64,000 nucleotides of DNA from an uncultured Acidimicrobiia bacterium (GTDB lineage: Bacteria > Actinomycetota > Acidimicrobiia > IMCC26256 > PALSA-555): the NCBI GenBank assembly GCA_963720675.1, contig CAVRGH010000010.1:491830-555829 (forward strand), read 5' to 3'. The position numbers and the translations under genes were made by a program. Below the pieces are notes generated by a model. It saw only the letters and a list, made by a program, of their open reading frames with translations. It searched no databases and was not told where the DNA came from. Of the stretch, positions 41,070 through 50,937 are shown piece after piece (within the stretch, counting starts at the first letter, position 1; each line of letters begins with the position of its first letter).

Positions 41070-42669
41070 ATGCCGCACGTGCGGCGCCGAGTGCTCGTCC
41101 GGCTCGATGCGCCGCCCGATCGAGTGCGCGCCGTAGCGATCCGCGCACTCACTCTCCGCGACTCTCCCGGACACCTCCTCGTGGGTGACCTTGCCCACAG
41201 CACCGGCGACGCAACCGCCCGACTCACCGTCGACGTCCACGCGGCCGAGCCGGCCGCCGGCGCGAGCCCGACGACCGAGATCGAGCTCGTCGGGACCTCG
41301 GACCTCCACGTGCCGTTCTTCGGCTGGATCATCGCCCCGCTCACGAGGCTGGGTATGCGCCGCGCGCTCGGACACGCGGTCGAGATGCTCGAGGCAGCGT
41401 TGGCCGGCGAGCCCGCGCCCGAACATCGGCGTCACGCGTTGCTGCCTCCCGTCCCGTTCACGACCGAACAGGCCGGCCGCCTCGCCGCGCTCGCCGCCGT
41501 CGGCGCGCTGGCCAGCTTCAGCGGTGCGCTGCTCACCCAGAACGGGGATGCCGTCGCCCGCTCGTTCCACGAGTCGGACGGTTCGCTCGGCGTCGCCCTG
41601 GCCCTGGCCCGAAGTGGCGTGCTCTTCGCCCTGGTCGCGTCGGCGGTCGCGGACCGGGTCGGGCGGCGACGGCTCATCCTGCTGGGGCTCGTCGTCGCGG
41701 CGCTCGCCAACGGCGTCGCCGCGCTGGCGCCGAGCTTCGAGGTCTTCACCGCATCACAGGTCCTGACGCGCGCCGCGCTGAACGCCACGGCAGTCGTCGC
41801 GTCGGTGGCGGCCATCGAGGACGCGCCCGAGGGTGCACGCGCCTACGCCCTCTCACTGTTCGCGCTTGCGCTGGGCCTCGGCTTCGCCCTCTCGGTCGTG
41901 CTCCTCCCCCTCGCCGATCTCGGCGCCGAGTCGTGGCGCATCGCGTTCGTCCTGAGCGCGCTGACGGTCTTCCTCGTACCAGTCCTGGCGCGGCACCTCC
42001 GGGAGACCACCCGCTTCACGCGCGTCGCCACCCGGGTGAAGGAGCGGTGGCGGATCCGCGAGATGTTCGACGACCGCTACGGGCGGACGGTTCCTCATGC
42101 TCGGCCTCGTGGCGTTCCTCGCGAACGTCTTCGCCGCTCCGTCGTCACAGCTCACCAACCGGTACCTCACCGGCGCGCACGACTTCTCGAACTCGCAGGT
42201 CGCGATCTTCCGCTCGATCACTGCCGGGGCTCCGGGCATCTTCGGGGTGCTCCTCGCGGGTCGCCTCGCCGAGAGCCGCGGCCGTCGGCCGGTCGCGATC
42301 ATCGGTCTCCTGGTGGCGACGGCCGCGCAGGCCGCGTTCTTCCTCGGCGACGGTGCCCTGCTCTGGCTCGCGCCCACGCTCGCGATCATGGCCGCGGCGT
42401 GCGCCGGGCTCGCCGTCGGCACCGTGAACACCGAGCTCTTCCCCACCGAGGTGCGCGGCACGTCGAACGGATTCATCCTCGTCTGCGGCGTCGTCGGCGC
42501 TGCGCTCGGTCTGGTGCTCGCCACCCAGCTCCGCGACGCAGTGGGTGGTCTCGGACCTGCCATCGCGCTGTGCGGCATCGCGCCGATCATCGCAGCGGTG
42601 CTGCTGCTGCGATACCTCCCGGAGACCCGAGCCCGTACGCTCGACGAGGTCAGCCCGTCCGAGGTCTGA
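41070..42669 (+). pseudogene. MFS transporter with about 140-aa N-terminal soluble extension, frame broken once near 42087
   Basis: ORF 41070..42794 carries the extension plus TM1-6 (DRVGRRRLILLGLVVAALANGVAAL). ORF 42097..42669 carries TM7-12. Deleting the A in GGGCGGACGGTTC gives DDRYGRRFLMLGLVAFL. Confidence 0.7.
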
Positions 42670-42691
42670 CGCAACAACAGGAGGCGTTCCC

Positions 42692-43486
42692 GTGTCTGAC
42701 TACCGCGCCGCGCTCGACGGCTTCACCGAGTCGCCCTTCACGCACGACGGCACGACGAGGCCCGTCTTCAGCGCCGGGAGCGGTCCGGCCGTGATCGTGA
42801 TCAGCGAGATGCCGGGGCTGCATCCCGGCGTGGTCGCCTTCGGACAACGGGTCGTCGACCGCGGCTTCCACGTCCGGATGCCGTCGTTGTTCGGCACCCC
42901 GGGCCGCCCGGTGAGCGTGCCGTACGTGCTGGGTTCGATCACGTCGGGCTGCGTGTCGCGCGACTTCGTCACGTGGGCGCTGGACCGCACCAGCCCGATC
43001 ACCGCGTGGCTGCGAGCCCTCGCCGCCGACGCCCACGAGGCGTGCGGGGGTCCCGGCGTGGGCGCGGTCGGCATGTGCTTCACCGGCGGGTTCGCGCTCG
43101 GGATGATGCTCGACGAGCGACTCCAGGCACCGGTGTTGAGCCAGCCGTCGCTGCCGTTCGCGATCGGGAAGCGTCGGCGCGCGGCACTCGGCATCAGCGA
43201 CGCGGACCTCGCGGTCGTCAAGGAGCGGGCTGCGCAGGGCGCTTGCGTGATGGGTCTGCGCTTCTCGGCCGACCGCATGGTGCCGGGTGACCGCTTCGAC
43301 ACGCTCCGAGCGGCGCTCGGCGAGTCGTTCATCGCCGTCGAGATCGACTCGTCGAAGGGGAACGAGCACGGCATCAAGACCAGCGCGCACTCCGTGCTCT
43401 CGGAAGAGTTCGTCGATGATCCCGCGCATCCCACGTACGAGGCACTCGAGCGCGTGTTGACCTTCTTCGACGAGCGGCTGCGCTAG
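42692..43486 (+). CDS. Dienelactone hydrolase family protein
   Basis: GTG 42692 follows AGGAGG. VIVISEMPGLHPGVVAFGQRVVDRGF...GAVGMCFTGGFAL (nucleophile Cys elbow), DLH-like. Confidence 0.75.
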   Translation: MSDYRAALDGFTESPFTHDGTTRPVFSAGSGPAVIVISEMPGLHPGVVAFGQRVVDRGFHVRMPSLFGTPGRPVSVPYVLGSITSGCVSRDFVTWALDRTSPITAWLRALAADAHEACGGPGVGAVGMCFTGGFALGMMLDERLQAPVLSQPSLPFAIGKRRRAALGISDADLAVVKERAAQGACVMGLRFSADRMVPGDRFDTLRAALGESFIAVEIDSSKGNEHGIKTSAHSVLSEEFVDDPAHPTYEALERVLTFFDERLR

Positions 43487-44165
43487 CTCAGCTCGAGCCG
43501 CGCGTGACAGACGGCGTTCCCTGCGCCGTCCACCATGCGGAGGATGCTGCCTCGTGCCCGGGATCGCCGCGGTCCCGGTCCACGTGCCACGACCGCCCGC
43601 GACCGCCAGGGTGCCGATCTCGCGGGTGATCGCGCCCGTCGGTGGTGTGCAGCTCGAGGCCGTAGTCGCCGTCGGGCAGCGCATAGTCGACGGTCACGAC
43701 GAGCGACGCGGGCGTCCCGTCGGACACGACGACGCGCCCGACCGGGAGACCACCGGCGCCGACCATCGGGACGGTCTGCAATGCCGGAGCGACCGTCGTG
43801 GGCGTGCTCGCCTGTTCGGTCGAGCGGCCGGCGTCGATGACGCGCACGACGACGATGCTCAGGATGGCGGCTGCGGCGGCTGCGCCGCCGACGACCAGAA
43901 CGCGACGGCGGATGCTGCGCCAGTCGCGGGGTCGGCCGCCGTGCATCTCGCGCAGCACGCGCTGCTCGAATCCCGCGGGGGGCTCGGCTTCGGGTGCGAG
44001 CTGGGCGAGGAGGTCGGCGACACCGCTCGAGTCGTCGACGATCGCCTGACAGCGCGCGCACCCGTGCACGTGGAGCAGGACCTCGGCGCGCTCCGCGCCG
44101 TCGAGGTGCCCGAGGGCGAGCTCCGGGATCCGCTCGCGCGCGGCGTCGCACGGCGCAGTGCTCAC
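43483..44165 (-). pseudogene. Anti-sigma factor (zf-HC2), single TM; C-terminal part frame-broken twice (about 43635 and 43552)
   Basis: GTG 44165 follows GGAGGAGG. LLHVHGCARCQAIV zinc motif and TM VLVVGGAAAAAAILSIVVV. The tail reads coherently only across three frames (YGLELHT.../ITREIGTLAVAGGRGTWTGTAAIPG/SILRMVDGAGNAVCHARLELS). Confidence 0.65.
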
Positions 44166-44196
44166 GGTCGCACCTCCTCCGCTCCTCGAGCTCGCG

Positions 44197-44757
44197 TCAT
44201 TCGGCTGGCTCCTCGGTCGCGAGCAGCACGCGAAGCCGTTGCATCGCCGCGCGAATTCGGGTCTTCGCGGTACCGAGGGGCAACCCCTCCCGCTCGGCGA
44301 CCTCCCTTGCACTGAGCCCGAGTACGCCGGCGAGCACGATCGCCCGCCGCTGCTCGGGCGGGAGCACCGTGAGCGCGACGCGAAGCCTCACCAGCTCCTG
44401 GTTCACCTCGGCGGTCTCGGCCGGGCCCCGCTCCGCGCTTGCCAGCGCCAGATCTGCCACGTGGTCGGGATCGATCGCCATCGGGCGCCGGACCCGGATC
44501 GCGTCGATCGCCAGGTTCCGGGTGATCGTGAGCAGCCAGGTGACGACGCTGCCCCGACGCGGGTCGTAGGCCGCGGCGTGCCGCCATGCCCGGACCAGTG
44601 CCTCTTGGGCGACGTCCTCGGCCGCCCGGTCGTCCGACATGATCGTGCGGGCCAACCCGTACACGCGGCGCTGGAACCGCTCGACGAAGGCCGCGGCGGC
44701 GTCCCGATCCCCCGTTGCGAGCCCTGCGAGGAGCGCCTCGTCCGAAACTGACCACAT
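44197..44757 (-). CDS. ECF (sigma-70 group 4) RNA polymerase sigma factor
   Basis: Internal ATG 44757. Region 2 (DVAQEALVRAWRHAAAYDPRRGSVVTWLLTITRNLAIDAIR) and region 4 (LPPEQRRAIVLAGVLGLSAREVAEREGLPLGTAKTRIR). Confidence 0.88.
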   Translation of the reverse strand: MWSVSDEALLAGLATGDRDAAAAFVERFQRRVYGLARTIMSDDRAAEDVAQEALVRAWRHAAAYDPRRGSVVTWLLTITRNLAIDAIRVRRPMAIDPDHVADLALASAERGPAETAEVNQELVRLRVALTVLPPEQRRAIVLAGVLGLSAREVAEREGLPLGTAKTRIRAAMQRLRVLLATEEPAE

Positions 44758-44915
44758 GAGGTGATACGGACCGCATCCGCCGAGGGATTGGTCCGGTCGC
44801 AACCTACTGCCCGTCGAGAGCAGGCAATCCGTTCGGACCCGTCGGCCGTAGTACCGGGCGACGACCCGTCGACCGCCGCCCGGACCCAGGACCGCCCCAG
44901 CGAGAGGAACCCCCA

Positions 44916-45397
44916 ATGCGCAAGCTGCTCGGCACCCTGAGCGCAGCCCTCGTGGCGGCGATCGCCGTCATCGGGACCCGTCGGCCCCGCGGGCGCCTCG
45001 ACGGTGGCCAAGACGAAGCCACCCGTGCATCTCGACGGCAAGGTCGAACAACCACGGGAAGGCGACCGTCTCGGGCGGCGCCATCACCATCGAGCAGCAC
45101 GACTACTTCTTCAAGCCGACGTTCGTGAAGGCGAAGGCCGGCAGCACGGTGCACGTCACGGTGAAGAACGAGGGCTCCGCCGAGCACACGTTCACCATCG
45201 ACAAGCAGGACGTCGACGAGCAGCTCGCGCCGGGCGAGACCGTGAAGGTCGACGTGAAGATCCCGTCGAACGGCAAGTCGGTCGCGTTCTACTGCCGCTT
45301 CCACGCGGGCATGGGCATGCAAGGCGCGCTCTACAGCAAGGGCGGTGGCGCCGCCAAGAGCAGCAGTGGCTCGAGTGGGCGAGGGTACGGCTACTAG
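44916..45397 (+). pseudogene. Secreted cupredoxin (plastocyanin/amicyanin-like blue copper protein), frame broken twice (about 44975 and 45050)
   Basis: Signal peptide MRKLLGTLSAALVAAIAVIG; then PVGPAGASTVAKTKPPVHLDGKV; then NNHGKATVSGGAITIEQHDYFFKPTFVKAKAGSTVHVTVKNEGSAEHTF...FYCRFHAGMGMQGAL (Cu ligands H..C..H..M). Confidence 0.7.
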
Positions 45398-45750
45398 CCC
45401 TCCGTGCCGCCCGGGTTCCGACGCTGGAGCCCGTGGCCGAAGAACCCACCCTTGGGCCGACCGTGCGCGTGGTAGTGATCCGGGATCTGGCGCATGTTGT
45501 CGTCGACGTAGTGCTCGAACGTGAAGTGCAGCTCGATCACCTCGGCAAGCCGTGCGTGCATGTGCGCGAGCTCGTCGGCCGGCGGCTCGGTGCCGTGTCC
45601 GCGCCAGACGACCATCGGCACCGCGCAGATCTCACACTCGGCGATCCAGCAGACGTCGTCCTCGTGGAACCACTCCGTGATCTTCGCGGCCTCGCAGAGA
45701 TCGCAGTCGTCGGAGAAGGCCCGTCCGGAGCTCGCGTCCTGGCTGGTCAT
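45394..45750 (-). CDS. Small Cys-rich HIT-like protein (HxHxH motif), translationally coupled to trpA
   Basis: ATGA overlap with the trpA stop at 45750..45747. 118 aa with CDLC...(17)...CEIC and DHYHAHGRP (His-x-His-x-His). The family assignment is tentative. Confidence 0.45.
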   Translation of the reverse strand: MTSQDASSGRAFSDDCDLCEAAKITEWFHEDDVCWIAECEICAVPMVVWRGHGTEPPADELAHMHARLAEVIELHFTFEHYVDDNMRQIPDHYHAHGRPKGGFFGHGLQRRNPGGTEG

Positions 45751-46517
45751 GCGTCGAGTGCTCCTCGTAGCTCGCGAACGAACGCGTGCGCTTCCTCGGG
45801 ACCACCACCGCGCAGGAGCCGGCCGACGAGCGCGCTGCCGACGATGACACCGTCGGCGGAGGCTGCGGCCTCGACCGCCTGCGCCGGAGTCGAGATGCCG
45901 ACCCCGAGGAGCACGGGCACGTCGGTCGCCGCCTTGCAACGCCGACCCATCTCCTGGGCCTGCGATGCGAGGCGCTCGCGCTCACCGGTGACCCCCATCA
46001 GCGACACCCCGTAGATGAAGCCCCGCGTCCGCTCACAGATGTCGTGCAGCCGCGCGTCGGTCGTCGTCGGCGCCGCCAGCAACACCGTCTCGACCCCCGC
46101 GTCGTCCGCCGCGTCGGCCCAGCCGTCGAGCTCGTCGAGAGGGAGGTCGGGCACGATCGCCCCGTCGATCCCGGCCTCCGCGAGCGACGACGCGAAACGC
46201 TCGTGGCCCGCGTGGTGCACGGGGTTGTAGTAGGTCATGACGACGAGCGGGACGTCCACGTCGAGGCGCGCCGCGTCAGCGACGATCGACGCAGGGGTCG
46301 CGCCGATGTCGAGGGCCCGCTGCGAGGCCTCCTGGATCGTGCGTCCGTCCATGACGGGGTCCGAGAACGGGATGCCGACCTCGACCGCGTCGGCGCCGGC
46401 GTCGACCACGGCACGCACGACGTCGAGCCAGTCGTGGCCGAGCCCACCGGTGACGTACGGGACGAGCAGCTTCGCGCCGGTCTCCCTGCGGGCGCGCAGG
46501 TGCGCTTCCAGGTTCAC
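45747..46517 (-). CDS. trpA: Tryptophan synthase alpha chain
   Basis: GTGA overlap with the trpB stop. LVPYVTGG...[18 protein letters not shown]...[13 protein letters not shown]. Confidence 0.9.
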   Translation of the reverse strand: MNLEAHLRARRETGAKLLVPYVTGGLGHDWLDVVRAVVDAGADAVEVGIPFSDPVMDGRTIQEASQRALDIGATPASIVADAARLDVDVPLVVMTYYNPVHHAGHERFASSLAEAGIDGAIVPDLPLDELDGWADAADDAGVETVLLAAPTTTDARLHDICERTRGFIYGVSLMGVTGERERLASQAQEMGRRCKAATDVPVLLGVGISTPAQAVEAAASADGVIVGSALVGRLLRGGGPEEAHAFVRELRGALDA

Positions 46518-47779
46518 GCGAGGGGCTCGCCGGTGAGGCGCTCGGCGACGTAGGCCGCGTCCTTGTCGCCGCGACCCGACAGCGTGACGAGCACGGTCGA
46601 TCCGGACGGGATCGACCGTCCGGCCTCGCGTGCGAGCCACCCGATGGCGTGGGCCGGCTCGAGCGCGGGAACGATGCCCTCGGTGGCGGAGAGCAGCTGG
46701 AACCCCGCGATCGCCTCGTCGTCGGTTGCCGACGGGTACTCGGCCCGACCGGCCGCGGCGAGCGCCGCGTGCTCCGGACCGACGCCCGGATAGTCGAGGC
46801 CCGCGCTGATCGAGTGGGCCTCGAGGATCTGGCCGTCCTCGTCCTGGAGGAACAGAGAACGCGCGCCGTGGAGCACGCCCGGGGTCCCGCGGGTCACGGA
46901 CGCTCCGTGCTTGCCCGACTCGAGTCCGAGGCCGCCGGCCTCCACACCGATCAGCTGCGAGGTCGTGTCGAGGAAGCCGACGAAGGTTCCCATCGCGTTC
47001 GAGCCACCACCGACGCACGCGACGACGTAGTCGGGGTCCGCTCCGCCCAAGATCGCCCGGGACTGCTCGCGCGCTTCGTCTCCGACGACGCGCTGGAGCT
47101 CGCGGACGATCCACGGGTACGGGTGCGGCCCGACGACCGAGCCGATGCAGTAGTGCGTGGTCTCGACGCTCGAGACCCAGTCGCGCAGCGCCTCGTTGAT
47201 GGCGTCCTTCAGCGTCCGGCTTCCCGACTCCGCCGGGATGACCGTCGCCCCGAGCAGCTGCATGCGCCATACGTTGAGCGCCTGGCGTTCGACGTCGACC
47301 GCGCCCATGAACACGGTGCAGTCGAGCCCGAAGAGCGCCGCGGCGGTCGCGGTGGCCACGCCGTGCTGACCGGCGCCCGTCTCCGCGATGACCCGTTGCT
47401 TGCCCATGCGGCGGGTGAGCAGGGCCTGGCCGAGCACGTTGTTGATCTTGTGTGAACCGGTGTGCGTGAGGTCCTCGCGCTTGAGGAGCACTCGCAACCC
47501 GAGGCGCTCCGACAACCGATGACATTCGGTGACGGGCGTGGGCCGGCCGGCGTAGCTCGTCAGGAGCGACGCGAGCTCGGTGCGGAACTCGGTGGACTCC
47601 CAGGCCGCGCGGAACTCGGCCTCGAGCTCCTGCAGCGCGGGGACGAGCGTCTCGGGGACGAACCGCCCTCCGAAGTCCCCGAACCGGCCGAGGCCCTCGG
47701 GCGGCGCGCCGGGAGGCCCGAGGAGAACCGGGTCACCACGTCCGGGTGCGTTCATGGGCTGGTCCTGTCTCCGATGCAC
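46514..47779 (-). CDS. trpB: Tryptophan synthase beta chain (TrpB1 type)
   Basis: 421-aa ORF with [15 protein letters not shown]...[16 protein letters not shown]...[10 protein letters not shown]...GGGSNAMG. Alternative ATG start at 47755. Confidence 0.93.
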   Translation of the reverse strand: MHRRQDQPMNAPGRGDPVLLGPPGAPPEGLGRFGDFGGRFVPETLVPALQELEAEFRAAWESTEFRTELASLLTSYAGRPTPVTECHRLSERLGLRVLLKREDLTHTGSHKINNVLGQALLTRRMGKQRVIAETGAGQHGVATATAAALFGLDCTVFMGAVDVERQALNVWRMQLLGATVIPAESGSRTLKDAINEALRDWVSSVETTHYCIGSVVGPHPYPWIVRELQRVVGDEAREQSRAILGGADPDYVVACVGGGSNAMGTFVGFLDTTSQLIGVEAGGLGLESGKHGASVTRGTPGVLHGARSLFLQDEDGQILEAHSISAGLDYPGVGPEHAALAAAGRAEYPSATDDEAIAGFQLLSATEGIVPALEPAHAIGWLAREAGRSIPSGSTVLVTLSGRGDKDAAYVAERLTGEPLA

Positions 47780-47845
47780 GAGCCGGCGTGGTGCTCGCCG
47801 TGCATGATACGAGCGCGCGGTCCGGCGATTCCGGTTGGATGCGCG

Positions 47846-48532
47846 TCAGGAACGGGCTTCGTCGGCCTGCCAGTCGTACGGCCGCGCGTCGTCCGGTGCC
47901 CATCCGTCGTCCTCGACCTCGGCGCCCGCGGCGCGCGCCTCCTCGAGGAAGCGCTGCAGGCGCCGGGCGTCCTTCTGGCCCGAGCCGGGTGAGGTCTCGA
48001 CGCCGGTCGAGACGTCGACGCCCCACGGCCGGACCCGCCGGATCGCCTCCCCGACGTTGTCGGGCGTCAACCCACCCGCGAGCAGCAGGCGGACACCGGA
48101 CGGTGCACCCTCCGCGAGCGCCCAGTCGAAGACCTTGCCGGAGCCGGGCTCCGGGCCGTCGATGAGCACGACATCGGCCGGACCGCCCGCCGCGGACGCG
48201 AGTGCGGGATCACCGACGTGGAAGCCCTGGATCACGAACGGGACCCGCTCGCGGATCCAGCGGACCTCGGTCTCGGGCTCGCGGCCGTGGAGCTGGGCCC
48301 CGCCGAGCCGGAGGCTGTTGACGATCTCGACGACCCGGGCCGGCTTCTCGTCGCGGAAGACCCCGAGCGTGTGGGCTTCGGGCGGGAGCCGGCGCAGCAC
48401 GTCACGCACTGCGCTCGGGGTGACCTGGCGCGGGCTCCCCGGGGCGAACATGAAGCCGAGGGCGTCGGCGCCGAGTGCGACCGCCAGGAGCGCGTCTTCC
48501 TCGTTCGTGATGCCGCAGATCTTCACGAACAT
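47846..48532 (-). CDS. trpF: N-(5'-phosphoribosyl)anthranilate isomerase
   Basis: MFVKICGITNEEDALLAVALGADALGFMF...LAGGLTPDNV...GVDVSTGVE. Confidence 0.88.
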   Translation of the reverse strand: MFVKICGITNEEDALLAVALGADALGFMFAPGSPRQVTPSAVRDVLRRLPPEAHTLGVFRDEKPARVVEIVNSLRLGGAQLHGREPETEVRWIRERVPFVIQGFHVGDPALASAAGGPADVVLIDGPEPGSGKVFDWALAEGAPSGVRLLLAGGLTPDNVGEAIRRVRPWGVDVSTGVETSPGSGQKDARRLQRFLEEARAAGAEVEDDGWAPDDARPYDWQADEARS

Positions 48533-48601
48533 GCGTACGACGGTACCGGAGTCCGGAGGGCATCCCGAACCGCGTTCCGGCCGGTACGCTCAGCGCCGCT
48601 C

Positions 48602-49583
48602 ATGAGCCGGGTCACGCCAAGCCCCCCCGACGCGCCAACCACGACCATCGCCCGATGGGTCGTCCGCGCGCGGATGCCGGTCCTGCTCACCTACGTGCTC
48701 GTCACGGCAGTCGGGCTCGCCACCCGCAGCTCGATCCCCGACCGGCCGTACCTGCTCTTCTGGCTCCTCGGGCTGGTGATCATCGTCTCGTGGTGCAACC
48801 CGCACCGCTGGGCCCGCTTCGCCATGGCCTGGCTGCCCGTGCTGGTCATCGCCGCCGGCTACGACCTCGTGCGCAGCCAGGCACCGTTCCTCAAGCCCCG
48901 CGCCGTCACCGAGCCCCAGCGCGACTTCGACGAGACGTTGTTCGGTGGCACCGCGCCGACGGTCCGGCTCCAGGAGTGGCTCGTCGACCGGGGGACGCCG
49001 CACTGGTGGGACTACCCCGCGTGGCTGATGTACCTCTCGCACTTCGTGGTCACCCCGGCGATCGCGATCTGGCTGTACCTCCGCCACCGCGTCTGGTTCC
49101 ACCGATACGCGATCCTCATCCTCACGGTGAGCGTGTGCGGGTTCATCACCTACCTGATCGTGCCCGCAGTGCCCCCGTGGCTCGCGACGCGCCAGGGAAA
49201 CCTGGGCCCGACGATCCGGGTGGTGCACTCGGTGTGGGAGAGCATCGGGTTCGAACGCGCCGCCGAGGTGTTCAACGGCGACGCGCGTCTTGCGAACCCG
49301 GTCGCGGCGCTGCCTTCGCTCCACGCCGCGTGGCCGTTCATGACCCTGCTGTTCCTCTGGCGCAAGATCGGACCGTGGCGCTGGCTGCTGCTCGCGTACA
49401 ACGCGGCGATGATCGTCGTGCTCGTGTACGGCGCGGAGCACTACGTCAGCGACATCCTGCTGGGATGGCTGTACGCGACCGTCGTCTTCATCGTGGTGAA
49501 CCGCATCCTCGACCGGACCGAAGCGCGACGAGCGACGGCGGCAGAGCGCGCGACCGGAGACCTCGGAGGTCACCACGACATGA
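48602..49583 (+). CDS. PAP2_3 / Aur1-Ipt1-like membrane phosphotransferase; 3' end uncertain
   Basis: ATG 48602 inside ORF 48218..49873. Multiple TM helices and PSLHAAWPF...YGAEHYVSDILLG (PAP2 C2/C3-like). The ORF frame runs on into the next gene. A TGA overlapping ATG 49580 (ATGA) in the adjacent frame suggests an indel near 49520 and a true end at 49583. Confidence 0.6.
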
Positions 49584-50087
49584 GCGACCCATCCCCCGAG
49601 GAGCTGGCCCCCGAAGGAGCTGGCCCGGTACGCCGCGGACCGCTGGTCGATCCACGACGTCATCACGCGGTACTGGATGCACGTGGACCGGCGGGACTGG
49701 CCCACGGTGAAGTCGTGCTTCGTGCCCGGCACGCTCGTCGACTACTCCGACCTGATGCCGATCGGGAGCTCGCTGCCCGCGGAGGACGTCGTCGACCGGA
49801 TCGCTGCTGCCATCGAGATCTATGCGGTGACGGTGCACAACGTCGGGAACCACGAGGTCACGATCGACGGTGACGTCGCGCGCAGCGAAGCAACGATCGT
49901 CGCTCATCACGTGTACCTCGACCCGGAGAAGAACGACGGTCGGCTCCCCGTCGCCGGGTTGCGGTACACCGACGTGTTGGTACGCACTGACGACGGCTGG
50001 CGCATCCGCGATCGGAAGGCCTCGACCGACTGGCGGGCATGGTGGGACCCGCGAACGCCGACCTACGTCGACGGCAAGCACCAGTGA
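49580..50087 (+). pseudogene. SnoaL_4/NTF2-like protein, frame broken once near 49616
   Basis: GGAGG lies 10 nt before ATG 49580 (MSDPSPEELAPE). After removing one G in GAAGGAG it continues ELARYAADRWSIHDVITRYWMHVDRRDW... (ORF 49677..50087), ending ...VLVRTDDGWRIRDRK. Confidence 0.6.
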
Positions 50088-50097
50088 CGGCCCTCTG

Positions 50098-50877
50098 ATG
50101 ACCGGGCCGCTCGTCCGTTACGAGCGCGACGGGCACGTCGCGACGCTCACGTACAACCGGCCCGAGCGGCTCAACGCGATCACCGGTGCACTCCGCACGG
50201 AGCTGAACGCGGCGTGGGAACGCTTCCGCGACGACGAGGACGCGTGGGTCGGGATCATCACCGGGGCCGGTCGCGCGTTCTGCGTCGGCGCCGACCTGCA
50301 GGACGGGACGGGCTCCGCCGGCACCTGGCCCGGATCGTTCTGGGAGATCCCCACCGTGAACTCGTTCGAGTCGGGCCTGGAGGTGTGGAAGCCGACGATC
50401 GCTGCGGTGAACGGATACTGCCTCGGCTACGGCCTGACACTCGCGAGTGCGTGCGACTTCATCGTCGCGGCCGACGACGCGCAGTTCGGGATGCCCGAGG
50501 TACGCCTCGGGGTGCCGACGATCGTCGGTGCGATGCGTCTCCCGACCCGCATCCGCATGCAGGACGCGCTCGAGCTGCTGCTGACCGGCGACCGGATCGA
50601 CGCGGCGCGGGCCCACGAGATCGGCCTCGCGTGGAAGGTCGTCCCGCGCGACGTGCTGCTCGACGAAGCCCGCGCGCTCGCCGATCGGCTCTGCCAGGGC
50701 GCTCCGCTCGCCGTGCGTGCGGTGAACGAGATGGCCCACCGCGGGCAGCGCCTGCCGTGGGAGGACGCCGTCCGCATGGGCGAGGCGATGCGCCGCGTGG
50801 TGGCCGCGACCGACGACGCCAGCGAGGGCTTCACGGCCGCGGCCGAGCAGCGCGACCCCCGCTGGACCGGCCACTAG
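50098..50877 (+). CDS. Enoyl-CoA hydratase/isomerase (crotonase) family protein
   Basis: ATG 50098 in ORF 49870..50877. TLTYNRPERLNAI...ITGAGRAFCVGADL...AAVNGYCLGYGLTLA...FGMPEVRLG. Confidence 0.88.
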   Translation: MTGPLVRYERDGHVATLTYNRPERLNAITGALRTELNAAWERFRDDEDAWVGIITGAGRAFCVGADLQDGTGSAGTWPGSFWEIPTVNSFESGLEVWKPTIAAVNGYCLGYGLTLASACDFIVAADDAQFGMPEVRLGVPTIVGAMRLPTRIRMQDALELLLTGDRIDAARAHEIGLAWKVVPRDVLLDEARALADRLCQGAPLAVRAVNEMAHRGQRLPWEDAVRMGEAMRRVVAATDDASEGFTAAAEQRDPRWTGH

Positions 50878-50937
50878 AGGCGTTTTGGCGTCGGGATTGG
50901 GTGCCTCAGACACCCGTGTCGACGCCAAAACACCTCG

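Noticed and set aside
49600-49626. GGAGCTGGCCC occurring twice with 16-nt period at the 5' end of the SnoaL gene, first read as a frameshifting 16-bp tandem duplication
   Set aside because: The units are identical for only 11 of 16 nt. Removing a single G gives the in-frame peptide EELAPEELARY, a natural short amino-acid repeat. A 1-nt indel is therefore the simpler explanation.
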